Virus record (IMG/VR): IMGVR_UViG_2648501437_000028
Length of the DNA: 15,331 nucleotides
Direction: 5' to 3' (one strand)
DNA from: a virus
Lineage: Duplodnaviria > Heunggongvirae > Uroviricota > Caudoviricetes
In this document: positions 1 to 7,499 of the stretch, in pieces
How positions within the stretch are numbered: position 1 is the stretch's first letter
Layout: every line of letters begins with the position of its first letter
The notes under the pieces: model-generated
Database searches by the model: none
Told to the model about the DNA's origin: nothing
Seen by the model: the letters and a program-made list of their open reading frames with translations, nothing else
Position numbers and translations under genes: made by a program

Positions 1-165
1 ATGGCAAAGCCGATCATCACGCTCAATGGCCTAAAAATCGTCATTATGTTGGGAATGCTGGTCATTATTCTCTGCGGTATCCGTTTTGCCGCCGAGATCA
101 TCGTGCCGTTTATTCTCGCATTATTTATTGCTGTTATATATAACTTATTTCGCATAACACATTGA
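1..165 (+). pseudogene. tqsA: 5' fragment of tqsA (AI-2 exporter, YdgG); frame diverges after ~codon 45 and stops at 163-165, consistent with interruption by the inserted element
   Basis: Frame +1 from base 1 reads [45 protein letters not shown], which I recognise as the TqsA N-terminus, then IYNLFRITH-stop. Too short to appear in the ORF track. Confidence 0.55.
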
Positions 166-185
166 TTTAATTAAATAATTAACAC

Positions 186-233
186 CGCAAAAAGTGCCAA
201 AAATCGCAAAATGACTACACCAGTGACTACACC
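186..233. repeat. Phased A-tracts (CGCAAAAAGT GCCAAAAATC GCAAAAT) followed by tandem TGACTACACC x2 (212-221, 224-233)
   Basis: Read directly from the sequence; A5-6 tracts recur with 10-bp phase (bent-DNA signature), and a 10-bp direct repeat sits ~80 bp inside the inferred junction. Confidence 0.45.
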
Positions 234-251
234 GTTCGGTGCACTGTATGA

Positions 252-276
252 AACAACGTGGAACAAATAGACACAA
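252..276. promoter_or_regulatory. AACAA repeats phased at 10 bp (AACAACGTGG AACAAATAGA CACAA); the 15-mer AACAACGTGGAACAA is identical to 7715-7729
   Basis: Read directly; the same motif family recurs at 7713-7742 and, reverse-complemented, at 14021-14070. Confidence 0.45.
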
Positions 277-344
277 GAAATATACAGGCGGATCATCTTT
301 CCAGGGGGAAGCACACCAATTCATGAGGGGCGTTAATGTCGATA

Positions 345-609
345 TGGGGATCCCCACCTACCGGAATTTTTTTCCGGTTAAACGTTAATCAGGCTGGTGG
401 GCTTTACCTGTTCGGTAGGTGTTATGATTATCGTAATACCTTTCCCCCAATGGGGTAAAAGCATCAACCGTAACGAAAGTCGTTATGGTTGCCACTGATA
501 CCCCAAATTTGGGTATCACGAGTAAGCCCCAAAATCTGGGTGTTACTCTTACTACCCAAACTACGGGTAGTTTCCGTAGTTTCATGGTCGAGTTGCAGAT
601 CTGCAACTC
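345..609. repeat. Cluster of dyad symmetries: TGGGGATCCCCA (345-356), CCGGAA-T5-TTCCGG (361-377), CCCCCAATGGGG (444-455), GATACCCCAAATTTGGGTATC (497-517), CCCCAAAATCTGGG (527-540), CTACCC-AAACTAC-GGGTAG (552-570), GTAGTTTC x2 (567-583), perfect 20-bp palindrome GAGTTGCAGATCTGCAACTC (590-609)
   Basis: Read directly from the sequence; no ORF here has a credible start or composition. Confidence 0.5.
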
Positions 610-863
610 CCCCATTAACCACAGGCGAATTTCCGCCTTCGGTCATTCCTTAATCATCTGCGTAATCATAATGATTATTCAGCAAGCGCAATTTTGCGCT
701 TTGCTTAAAGTTCAGCGAGTTACCGCGCCGACTTCCTCAAATTGAGGTTTCCGAAAATATCAGCGGGTTAGCGATTAAGCTGACCATTAATTAAACTGCG
801 AAAATGTCGTAGTTGTGAGGGGTGTAGCCAACCCATTTTTGGGCCGTCGGGAATATCAACCAG

Positions 864-1145
864 TTACCGCCGCAACCGCTCCGGCTTCTTCCAGTGGTAC
901 GTTATTTTCTCCTTCTCCCGATACATCTCCACGCGGCGACGGTAGGCCAGCAACTCAAGAACTCTGGTTCGTATGTTGCGCATATCCACGCCATTAAGTT
1001 CTATACCATCACGGCGCATCACCTCAGCAACAACACGCGCATAGTTTTCGGCTGTCACGCTGTCCGGCTGCGTGGCCTGTTCGTCAGCCTGCTGGCTGAT
1101 TCCGGCAACGCGGCGGATTAATCCCGTTATTTCGGCTTCTGTCAT
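864..1145 (-). CDS. Hypothetical 93-aa protein, last gene of the packaging operon
   Basis: ORF track; ATG at 1145 preceded by GAGG; starts 13 bp after the terL stop. No recognisable motif. Confidence 0.5.
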   Translation of the reverse strand: MTEAEITGLIRRVAGISQQADEQATQPDSVTAENYARVVAEVMRRDGIELNGVDMRNIRTRVLELLAYRRRVEMYREKEKITYHWKKPERLRR

Positions 1146-1158
1146 GCTGCTGACCTCA

Positions 1159-2820
1159 TTACACCCCGCTAAATTCTTCCAGTTTCTGGCGGTGGCTGTC
1201 GCTTATATCAAAAGCAAAATCCTCATGCTCTGCCTGGAATGTACCAAACGCCATCAGCGCCGCCACGCTCGGGTCTATCTTGTTCGGTGATTTTTTCTTG
1301 TTCGGCTTGATATTGGCGTTCGCGTCACTCTGCATCACGACGTTACTCATCGACCAGGACAACACCGGATCGCCACGATGCACAATCACCCTGCGGTTAA
1401 CAAAAACTTCGAACGATTTCGCCGCCGGACTGAATCTGAGGTAGGTTTGCGGGAACGGCTCCACCTCAAAACCTGCCCCCTGTAATTGCGTTCTGAGATG
1501 CGTGGCGTTCCACGTATCAAAGCCCACCAGCCTGATATTAAATTTCTCCGCGTCCTGCATGATGTCATCTCTGATCCGGTCGTAATCAATGCAGTCGCCA
1601 GGCGTTGTGCGTATCCAGCCTGCTTTAGCCCACTGACGATAGATGGCGCGGTTTTTATTGGCGGGGTTCTGTAGCTGAAATTCCGGCAGATAGTGACGGG
1701 AAACCAGCATAATGGTTTTACCGACCGGAAAGGCATAGCACACGCTGGAAATATCGCTGGTTGATGATAAGTCCAGCCCCGCGTAACACTCCTGGCCGTG
1801 TAAATCTTCCTCCGTGAACGTTCCGGCACACTCAGCCCATGCGCCGTTACCCATCCACGGGGTAGCCCCCTGGCACCAGATATTAAATCGCTTTGTCATC
1901 ATCTCCACCCACTGCGACGGAATACCCCGCGCTTTCTGGATGGTTGAGGCCAGTTTTTCACGATCGACGGAAACATCAATATTAGGGTTCGCCTTTATCC
2001 ACATCGCCGGATCATCAACCTCGTTTTCGTCGTCCAGTTCGTAAATCAGTACAAAAATTGAATCGTTAACCTCTTCGCCGTCCAGGATCTGGCAGCAATA
2101 ATCATAGTGCTGCTTACAGGCTGAAACGACGTTGCTGCCTGATGTGGTAATGGCAAATAACAGCCCTTCGGGACGTGCGCCCATCCCCAGCTCAAGCGCG
2201 GAATAAACGCCGTTATCGGGGTGCAAGTGGTATTCGTCCACGATGGAAAGGCTGGGGTTTGTTCCCTCGATGGTTGCCGCTTTTGCTGCCAGCGGCTTTA
2301 ACAGGCTGTTGCTTTTCGGGTGTATCACCTTATGCGCCTGAATATTCACCCGCCTGCGTAACGGTCGGGATAAAAGGCACATCTGACGCGCATCATCAAA
2401 GACGATCCGCGCCTGGTCACGGCTCACCGCTGCGGTGTAGATATCCTGCTGACCGTTCTCCATAATCAGAAACCAGTTAGCCAGAATCGCGGCGGTCGTG
2501 GATTTCGCATTTTTGCGCGGCACTTCGATAAAGGCGCTCGTGTATTTGCGCCGTCCGGTGGCCTTAACCTTAAAGCCGAGGATGCACGCAAAGGCGAACT
2601 GCTGCCACGGCTCCAGCTCAATGGGTCTGCCACGCATCGGTCCTTTTACGTGCGGGCACACCCTGGAAAAGGCAATAAACCGCTCCACAACCTCACGATC
2701 GAACGTGTAAAGGGGGCTTTTAAGGTCCGAAAAGTACCGTTTAACGGCCTGTTTCAGCCGTTTACAGGCCGGAATTTTGCCCGTTTTTACGTCTTCTGCG
2801 TACTTATTCCAGGCGGTCAA
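1159..2820 (-). CDS. terL: Terminase large subunit (ATPase plus nuclease)
   Basis: 553 aa; Walker A-like PRKNAKST, Walker B-like LSIVDEYH, overall terminase-like layout. Start is TTG at 2820 with GAGGA 5 nt upstream, overlapping the terS end by 17 bp. Confidence 0.85.
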   Translation of the reverse strand: MTAWNKYAEDVKTGKIPACKRLKQAVKRYFSDLKSPLYTFDREVVERFIAFSRVCPHVKGPMRGRPIELEPWQQFAFACILGFKVKATGRRKYTSAFIEVPRKNAKSTTAAILANWFLIMENGQQDIYTAAVSRDQARIVFDDARQMCLLSRPLRRRVNIQAHKVIHPKSNSLLKPLAAKAATIEGTNPSLSIVDEYHLHPDNGVYSALELGMGARPEGLLFAITTSGSNVVSACKQHYDYCCQILDGEEVNDSIFVLIYELDDENEVDDPAMWIKANPNIDVSVDREKLASTIQKARGIPSQWVEMMTKRFNIWCQGATPWMGNGAWAECAGTFTEEDLHGQECYAGLDLSSTSDISSVCYAFPVGKTIMLVSRHYLPEFQLQNPANKNRAIYRQWAKAGWIRTTPGDCIDYDRIRDDIMQDAEKFNIRLVGFDTWNATHLRTQLQGAGFEVEPFPQTYLRFSPAAKSFEVFVNRRVIVHRGDPVLSWSMSNVVMQSDANANIKPNKKKSPNKIDPSVAALMAFGTFQAEHEDFAFDISDSHRQKLEEFSGV

Positions 2821-3160
2821 GCTCGTCCTCTTCTTCTGTTTCCGGTGGGTTTTTACGGCGGCTTATCGGGTCAAAACCGAGCAAGGAGGCCATTTTTATC
2901 ATCACCCTTTCAGCGTCTGATTTCGCGCTTAATGCGGGGTTTCTGCTCTCGCCGCCCTGACTGTTAACAATGCTGAACCCGCGCGCCGCAAGGTCTGCGA
3001 CGGCTTTCCGGTAAATGGAGTAGTTGACACAATACAGTTCCAGATTGCTCCAGTCGGCGGGGGTCAGGTCTCCCCGTTCCGCAAGCTGCCGCGATTTTTC
3101 CCGCCACTGCTTCACGGCGATGTCATCCAGGTAGGCGGGGGCTTTCGGTGGTCTTGCCAT
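2804..3160 (-). CDS. terS: Terminase small subunit (P27-like size and position)
   Basis: 118 aa directly upstream of and overlapping terL, downstream of HNH; acidic C-terminus. Assigned mainly by position and size. Confidence 0.6.
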   Translation of the reverse strand: MARPPKAPAYLDDIAVKQWREKSRQLAERGDLTPADWSNLELYCVNYSIYRKAVADLAARGFSIVNSQGGESRNPALSAKSDAERVMIKMASLLGFDPISRRKNPPETEEEDELDRLE

Positions 3161-3209
3161 GCTTATTTTTCGTCAGATTATTTTTCAAAAAATTCCCGTG
3201 CATAAAAAT

Positions 3210-3275
3210 TTGAGGAGGCGTTCGGTGCCCGGCGGGGTCGGGTTTGTCCTGAAAACGCCCCCCACCCCGTCATAC
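3210..3275. other. GC-rich block in the HNH-terS intergenic region; candidate cos / terminase recognition site
   Basis: GGTGCCCGGCGGGGTCGGG...ACGCCCCCCACCCCG lies in a ~290-bp gene-free gap between HNH and terS, where HK97-type cos sites sit. Position-based inference only. Confidence 0.25.
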
Positions 3276-3448
3276 AGCCTCATCAGCGATTGCGGAAACA
3301 TTCCATAACCTCGCGGTCACGGTCGGTTAATCGCTTCGCTGTGATGCGTTCTGCGCGTCCTGACGCTTTATCTTTATGCCCTGTTTCCTGTGTCTTCCAT
3401 GCGTCACGCTGCCTTATAAGTCCACGGATAAGGCGGTTTTGTTCCCGC

Positions 3449-3889
3449 TCATTCATCAGCGTCATACATCCAGTTATTGCGGTTAGCGGCCCGTTCTTCC
3501 TCTTCACGAAATCCACCTGCGGCACGCTTGCTTTTTGTTGCCGGATCAAGCCATTTCGTTTTCTGGTTATGACACGCCTGGCACAATGGTTGATGGTTCC
3601 ATTCGGGCCAGAAGAGAACATCATCACCGCCATTAATCGGGATAATGTGATCCACCACCACGGCGGGCGTATATATCCCCTTCTCAAGGCATCGCACGCA
3701 TAACGGGTTTTTACTCAGATACATGGCGCGGTATTTGTCCCACTGTCTGGAATATCCACGCGCGCGGCGGTGTCCTCGTCTGGCATCCTCTGCACGCCAT
3801 GCCGCCCGCCTGTGCTCCTCACACTTGCCGGATTTAACGCGCCTGTTACAGCCTGGTTCTGTGCATCGTCTTAATGGTTGCCACGGCAT
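3449..3889 (-). CDS. HNH endonuclease (packaging-associated)
   Basis: 146 aa; N-terminal Cys cluster CTEPGCNRRVKSGKCEEH and HNH core CVRCL...VVDHIIP...NHQPLCQACHNQK. Its ATG overlaps the connector stop. Confidence 0.85.
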   Translation of the reverse strand: MPWQPLRRCTEPGCNRRVKSGKCEEHRRAAWRAEDARRGHRRARGYSRQWDKYRAMYLSKNPLCVRCLEKGIYTPAVVVDHIIPINGGDDVLFWPEWNHQPLCQACHNQKTKWLDPATKSKRAAGGFREEEERAANRNNWMYDADE

Positions 3890-4185
3890 CAGTACACCCC
3901 CACATCACGGTAAGCCGTCCAGAGTGCGCCTATCGTCATGGGTACGCGTGTTTTTGCGTTATCCGCGACAATCTGGCGATTTTCATACAGGTGAGCGATA
4001 AACATCATGCAGCCAATCTTTATGGCTGGCGTGAACTCCAGCCCGTCATCAAAGCGCCTGCCTATGTGTATCTGGCACGCCTCAAGCGATGCGGCAATGT
4101 ATCCGCTGATTAACTGGTCTTCATCGTCGCCATCGATGCGGCAATGGAGTTTCACTTCTTCCAGGGTGATAAGTTCTTCTGTCAT
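3889..4185 (-). CDS. Head-tail connector (gp6-like) protein
   Basis: 98 aa between adaptor and HNH; ATGA overlap with the adaptor stop. Assigned by size, position and general resemblance. Confidence 0.55.
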   Translation of the reverse strand: MTEELITLEEVKLHCRIDGDDEDQLISGYIAASLEACQIHIGRRFDDGLEFTPAIKIGCMMFIAHLYENRQIVADNAKTRVPMTIGALWTAYRDVGVY

Positions 4186-4520
4186 TTTTCCGCGCCCTCA
4201 CGACAAAGAATTTCAAGGCGTGTCCTGGCGGCATCCGGCAGCGGCTGCCCGATGATATTCAGTACACGCCCCGCCAGCGGCCCCGTACTGACCTTTATCC
4301 GGCTGGTGGCGTTGATGTCCTTCCGGTACCGTATCCAGATCCTTACGGTACCAATCGCCAGCTCTGCGCCCGATGAAATGGCCTCCTTGCTGCTGACCAT
4401 GTTCACGCTTGCCCAGAGTGTGTGACCGTCCTCCCACGTTTCGAGTATTTCGCCGGTTATATCCCTGGTCTGTTTCAGGGTCTGAATCGTTATCCTGTCA
4501 CGCAGTCGCCCTATGTTCAT
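4182..4520 (-). CDS. Head-tail adaptor / head closure protein
   Basis: ORF track gives 4182-4562; I prefer the internal ATG at 4520, which overlaps the portal TGA (ATGA) and gives a ~112-aa product. Identity is by position after portal. Confidence 0.55.
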   Translation of the reverse strand: MNIGRLRDRITIQTLKQTRDITGEILETWEDGHTLWASVNMVSSKEAISSGAELAIGTVRIWIRYRKDINATSRIKVSTGPLAGRVLNIIGQPLPDAARTRLEILCREGAEK

Positions 4521-5728
4521 TCCGGTTTTTCTCCCTCGCTGATTTTTACTTCCTGTTTCCATGCCTGGCTGAACTCATCACCACCATCACGCGGTGACAG
4601 ACCTTCACGTTCGCGGGCTTCGTTCGGACACATAACGCCGGATTTGATGCCGCGCTCATAGGTGGCAAAGCGTTCGCCAGGTGTGGCCCGTAACAGGTCC
4701 GCGCTGTCAAACTCCACCTGATACCGGATACCAGGTACAGGCGAGGCCACCAGCAGGGCGTTTTTTATCTGCTGCTCAAAGTTCGCCAGCCACGGGCGCA
4801 TCGTCATGGTGAGAAATGCGCGGCTTGCCTCGCTGAAATTGCTGTAGGTGCTGTTGCTGTATTCCTGCAAAAAAATCGGCGAGACGTTGAACATTCGGGC
4901 GATGTCTTCAATGGTGAAGCGACGGGAGGCCAGCCATTCAGCATCCTGATTACTCATGCCCAGCTGCTGATAGCTCATACCCCCTTCAAGGATGGGCGTT
5001 TTTCCGGCGTTTCTGGCCCCTTTGTAGCGTTCCAGTGCGGCTAATGCCTGTTTGCCCTTCACGCCGTCCAGCCATTCGCCTGACGTGATAACCCCTGCCG
5101 CCATCATGCCATCACGCATCACGCTCGCGCCGTGGCGTTGTTGGGCCAGCCCAAGCCCCAGCGATTCGCGGCAGATGGTTACAGGTGAGCGCCCCATAAA
5201 GCCGTCATCCGTGGAGTAACGAAGGTGAAGTACTTCCCACGGTAAATAGTTGCGGGTGTTTCCGGTGTAGGCGTCAGTGATGCAGTAGCGCCAGTTGTGT
5301 TCGCCTGTCTGCTCCACGTTCACCGACTGCGGCGGGTAAGGATGTAAAGCCGCCGGAAAACCATCACGCCCCCACTGAATCACCGCATAAGCATTACCGT
5401 TTAACAGGCAGTGGCGGATCATCATTCGCTTAAACTGGTAGGGGGTTTGCCATGCGTTCGGGCGCTCGTTGAGGATGTGATCGACCGGATGAGAATCAAG
5501 CCACTCGCGGGCCTCCTTCCCCTTCTCATTGCGTACCAGGTACAGGTAACACGGCATGGTAGCCACCGCCTCAGAGATGACCGTCACGGCGTTCATGACG
5601 GCGGGCAGTGATTCCGCTGTCCCCGATGATACGTACTCACCCGCCCCCGTGTTCGATGTGCCAGCCAGCGCCATAAATTCATCCAGCGTCATGCTGCGCT
5701 GCTCTTTTTTTCTTCTGAAAGGCCACAT
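4517..5728 (-). CDS. Portal protein, HK97-like
   Basis: 403 aa, typical portal length and composition; GGGGGTG Shine-Dalgarno 5 nt before the ATG at 5728; immediately follows the protease. Confidence 0.8.
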   Translation of the reverse strand: MWPFRRKKEQRSMTLDEFMALAGTSNTGAGEYVSSGTAESLPAVMNAVTVISEAVATMPCYLYLVRNEKGKEAREWLDSHPVDHILNERPNAWQTPYQFKRMMIRHCLLNGNAYAVIQWGRDGFPAALHPYPPQSVNVEQTGEHNWRYCITDAYTGNTRNYLPWEVLHLRYSTDDGFMGRSPVTICRESLGLGLAQQRHGASVMRDGMMAAGVITSGEWLDGVKGKQALAALERYKGARNAGKTPILEGGMSYQQLGMSNQDAEWLASRRFTIEDIARMFNVSPIFLQEYSNSTYSNFSEASRAFLTMTMRPWLANFEQQIKNALLVASPVPGIRYQVEFDSADLLRATPGERFATYERGIKSGVMCPNEAREREGLSPRDGGDEFSQAWKQEVKISEGEKPE

Positions 5729-5729
5729 A

Positions 5730-6302
5730 TCACACCCCCGCTAAATCCACCCACCAGCGGCGATTATCCGCACGCGGCATTTTTTCGGGGTGCTGCTCAT
5801 ACAGGGAACGGCGGGCCAGCTCCACGCCGGAATCGGGGTAAGCCGGTACCGATGTAACGGTAATTTCGTACAGTTCCGCCACCAGCACGGTGCGCACGCA
5901 TGGATCTGTTGTGGTATCCCATACATCCTTACGGGAGCGAAAGCCAAAGCTCATCCCCGAGATGTCCCCACGCTTAACCAGTTCGATAACGTCGCGCCCT
6001 GTACTGGTATCCGGTGGGGTCAGTTCAAAGCGTAACCCTGTTTCGTCCTCTTCCAGTTTCAGCGTGCCGGAACGGGTGCGCCCCAGTAACATGCTGTGGT
6101 CATGCTCATACAGGCCGCGAACGTCATTACCCGCCGCAAGCCACTCAGTAAACGCCCCCCGCTGGAATTTTTCGTGAAACTCCCCCCATAGCAGTTCTGA
6201 AAGCTTATCCCAGCGAACAACGTAGCCCGTCAGCGTACCGGCTCCGCTGGTAGTGATTTCCGATGACCGGATTTCCATACTCTTCATAATTTTTTCACCC
6301 AT
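5730..6302 (-). CDS. Prohead maturation protease, HK97 family
   Basis: 190 aa with the HK97-protease-like stretch GDISGMSFGF and conserved His/Ser context. Start could be 6302 or the internal ATG at 6287. Confidence 0.8.
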   Translation of the reverse strand: MGEKIMKSMEIRSSEITTSGAGTLTGYVVRWDKLSELLWGEFHEKFQRGAFTEWLAAGNDVRGLYEHDHSMLLGRTRSGTLKLEEDETGLRFELTPPDTSTGRDVIELVKRGDISGMSFGFRSRKDVWDTTTDPCVRTVLVAELYEITVTSVPAYPDSGVELARRSLYEQHPEKMPRADNRRWWVDLAGV

Positions 6303-6341
6303 AAAACACTAAAGGGGCTTTTAAGCCCCTTCTGTATGCTG

Positions 6342-7499
6342 TTAATCGTCGTCCTGTGGCAGTTCCAGAATCTTGATCGCGTTCGAATCCACCACGCCAC
6401 CGCCTAAATATTTCTGCGTGAAAATTTTGATGAAGCCCGGCTCTGTGAGGTTGTCCGGTCTGGTGCGAACACCTGTTTCGTGATCAACAATGTAGTAACC
6501 GCGTTTGAAGTCACCCAGGGCAATAACGTTATCCGGCATAAACTCCAGATATTCGACCGGAAGGCCCAGTAACGTATCAGGATCACCCGCCTGTAAACGG
6601 TCGCGCCAGATGTAATCACCGTTCGCGTTCTTCACCTTCTGAAGTTTTGCCGCCGTCGTGGAGTTAACCACCCAGACCGCGTTTTTGCGGTATTTTTTAC
6701 GTAATGCAAATTTCAGGTCGATCAGCGGGTCCGCAGATGTCCACGCCAGAGATTCGGAAGGTTTAATTACCTGCAACGTACCAAAATCACGCTCTTTGTC
6801 GTTCTTCTCTGCACGGGGTACGGATAAAAAGCCTTTTGCTTTTTTGTCACCGTCGCCCACAACCAGATCGCTTTCTTCGGTTTCCGTGAAGTTGTCGCCA
6901 ATCTCGCCCGTCAGCCATGAAAGGATGTCCACATCGGAAAAATCCACGATTTCCTGCGTGGTGCGCGGGTACGCATAGACCGGATACAGCTTAATGCTCA
7001 CCTCGTTAATCTGCGGGGTGCTGGTCTGTTCGCGTGCCTTACCCTCTTCACCGTGGTTAACGGTCGCACCGCCAGCGGAAACAAGCTGCTTAAACTCGTT
7101 GCTGCTGATTTTCTTCACGGTACAGATGCGGCGCATGGTGGATTCATCCGTCAGCATTCGCATGATTTCGGTGTTCAGTTCGGGGATAACGGTATAACCA
7201 CCATCAGCGGGAACGCCTGTACTTAATGCGCGGGTTTCACCTGTCAGAATGTAGTGACGTAGTTCGGCTGGGTCAGTGGTCTGACTGCTTTTACCTGGCT
7301 TGCTGCGCTCTTCGTCTGCAATGGCTTCAAGGCGGGAAATGTCTTTATCGAGGGATTCAGCTTTAGCGCGTAATTCGTCAAATTTTGCGCCCTCAGCATC
7401 GTTAAGACTGCGGTTTTCTTTTTCCGCGTTCTCCAGCATGTCGCGCATCTGATTTTTAATGGCGGTTTTCTGCTGGCGTAATTCGATTATTCTCGGCAT
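6342..7499 (-). CDS. Major capsid protein, HK97 fold, with N-terminal coiled-coil delta/scaffold-like domain
   Basis: 385 aa; charged, coiled-coil-like N-terminal ~100 aa (LRAKAESLDKDISRLEAIADEE) then a capsid-like body; no separate scaffold gene. Confidence 0.85.
   Translation of the reverse strand: MPRIIELRQQKTAIKNQMRDMLENAEKENRSLNDAEGAKFDELRAKAESLDKDISRLEAIADEERSKPGKSSQTTDPAELRHYILTGETRALSTGVPADGGYTVIPELNTEIMRMLTDESTMRRICTVKKISSNEFKQLVSAGGATVNHGEEGKAREQTSTPQINEVSIKLYPVYAYPRTTQEIVDFSDVDILSWLTGEIGDNFTETEESDLVVGDGDKKAKGFLSVPRAEKNDKERDFGTLQVIKPSESLAWTSADPLIDLKFALRKKYRKNAVWVVNSTTAAKLQKVKNANGDYIWRDRLQAGDPDTLLGLPVEYLEFMPDNVIALGDFKRGYYIVDHETGVRTRPDNLTEPGFIKIFTQKYLGGGVVDSNAIKILELPQDDD

Noticed and set aside
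241-266. LexA (SOS) box at CTGTATGAAACAACG, and at the 14081-14096 palindrome
   Set aside because: Neither fits CTGT-N8-ACAG: the first lacks the ACAG half-site, and the second is CAGTAT...ATACTG, the inverse arrangement.
145-997. Small ORFs in the left non-coding block (145-357, 385-615, 464-646, 485-745, 815-997)
   Set aside because: They overlap one another and the palindrome cluster, have Cys-rich or low-complexity translations and no good starts; the region is better explained as structured non-coding DNA or RNA.
1386-2967. Six overlapping ORFs on both strands (1386-1829, 1486-1674, 1814-2044, 2175-2465, 2498-2710, 2650-2967)
   Set aside because: All lie inside terL in other frames or antisense; the terL frame carries the Walker motifs.
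3283-3703. ORFs 3283-3687 (minus) and 3290-3703 (plus) spanning the HNH 3' end
   Set aside because: Both overlap the HNH gene out of frame; the possible short internal version (3283-3465, 60 aa) lacks a convincing Shine-Dalgarno. Region kept as candidate cos instead.
3723-4661. Plus-strand ORFs 3723-4001, 3874-4113, 4007-4255, 4144-4425, 4409-4597, 4422-4661 and minus ORF 4213-4437
   Set aside because: Antisense or alternative frames over the HNH, connector, adaptor and portal genes.
5411-7197. ORFs 5411-5611, 5556-5744, 5741-5947, 5790-6035, 5890-6177, 6404-6619, 6658-6978, 6994-7197
   Set aside because: Alternative-frame or antisense ORFs inside the portal, protease and capsid genes.
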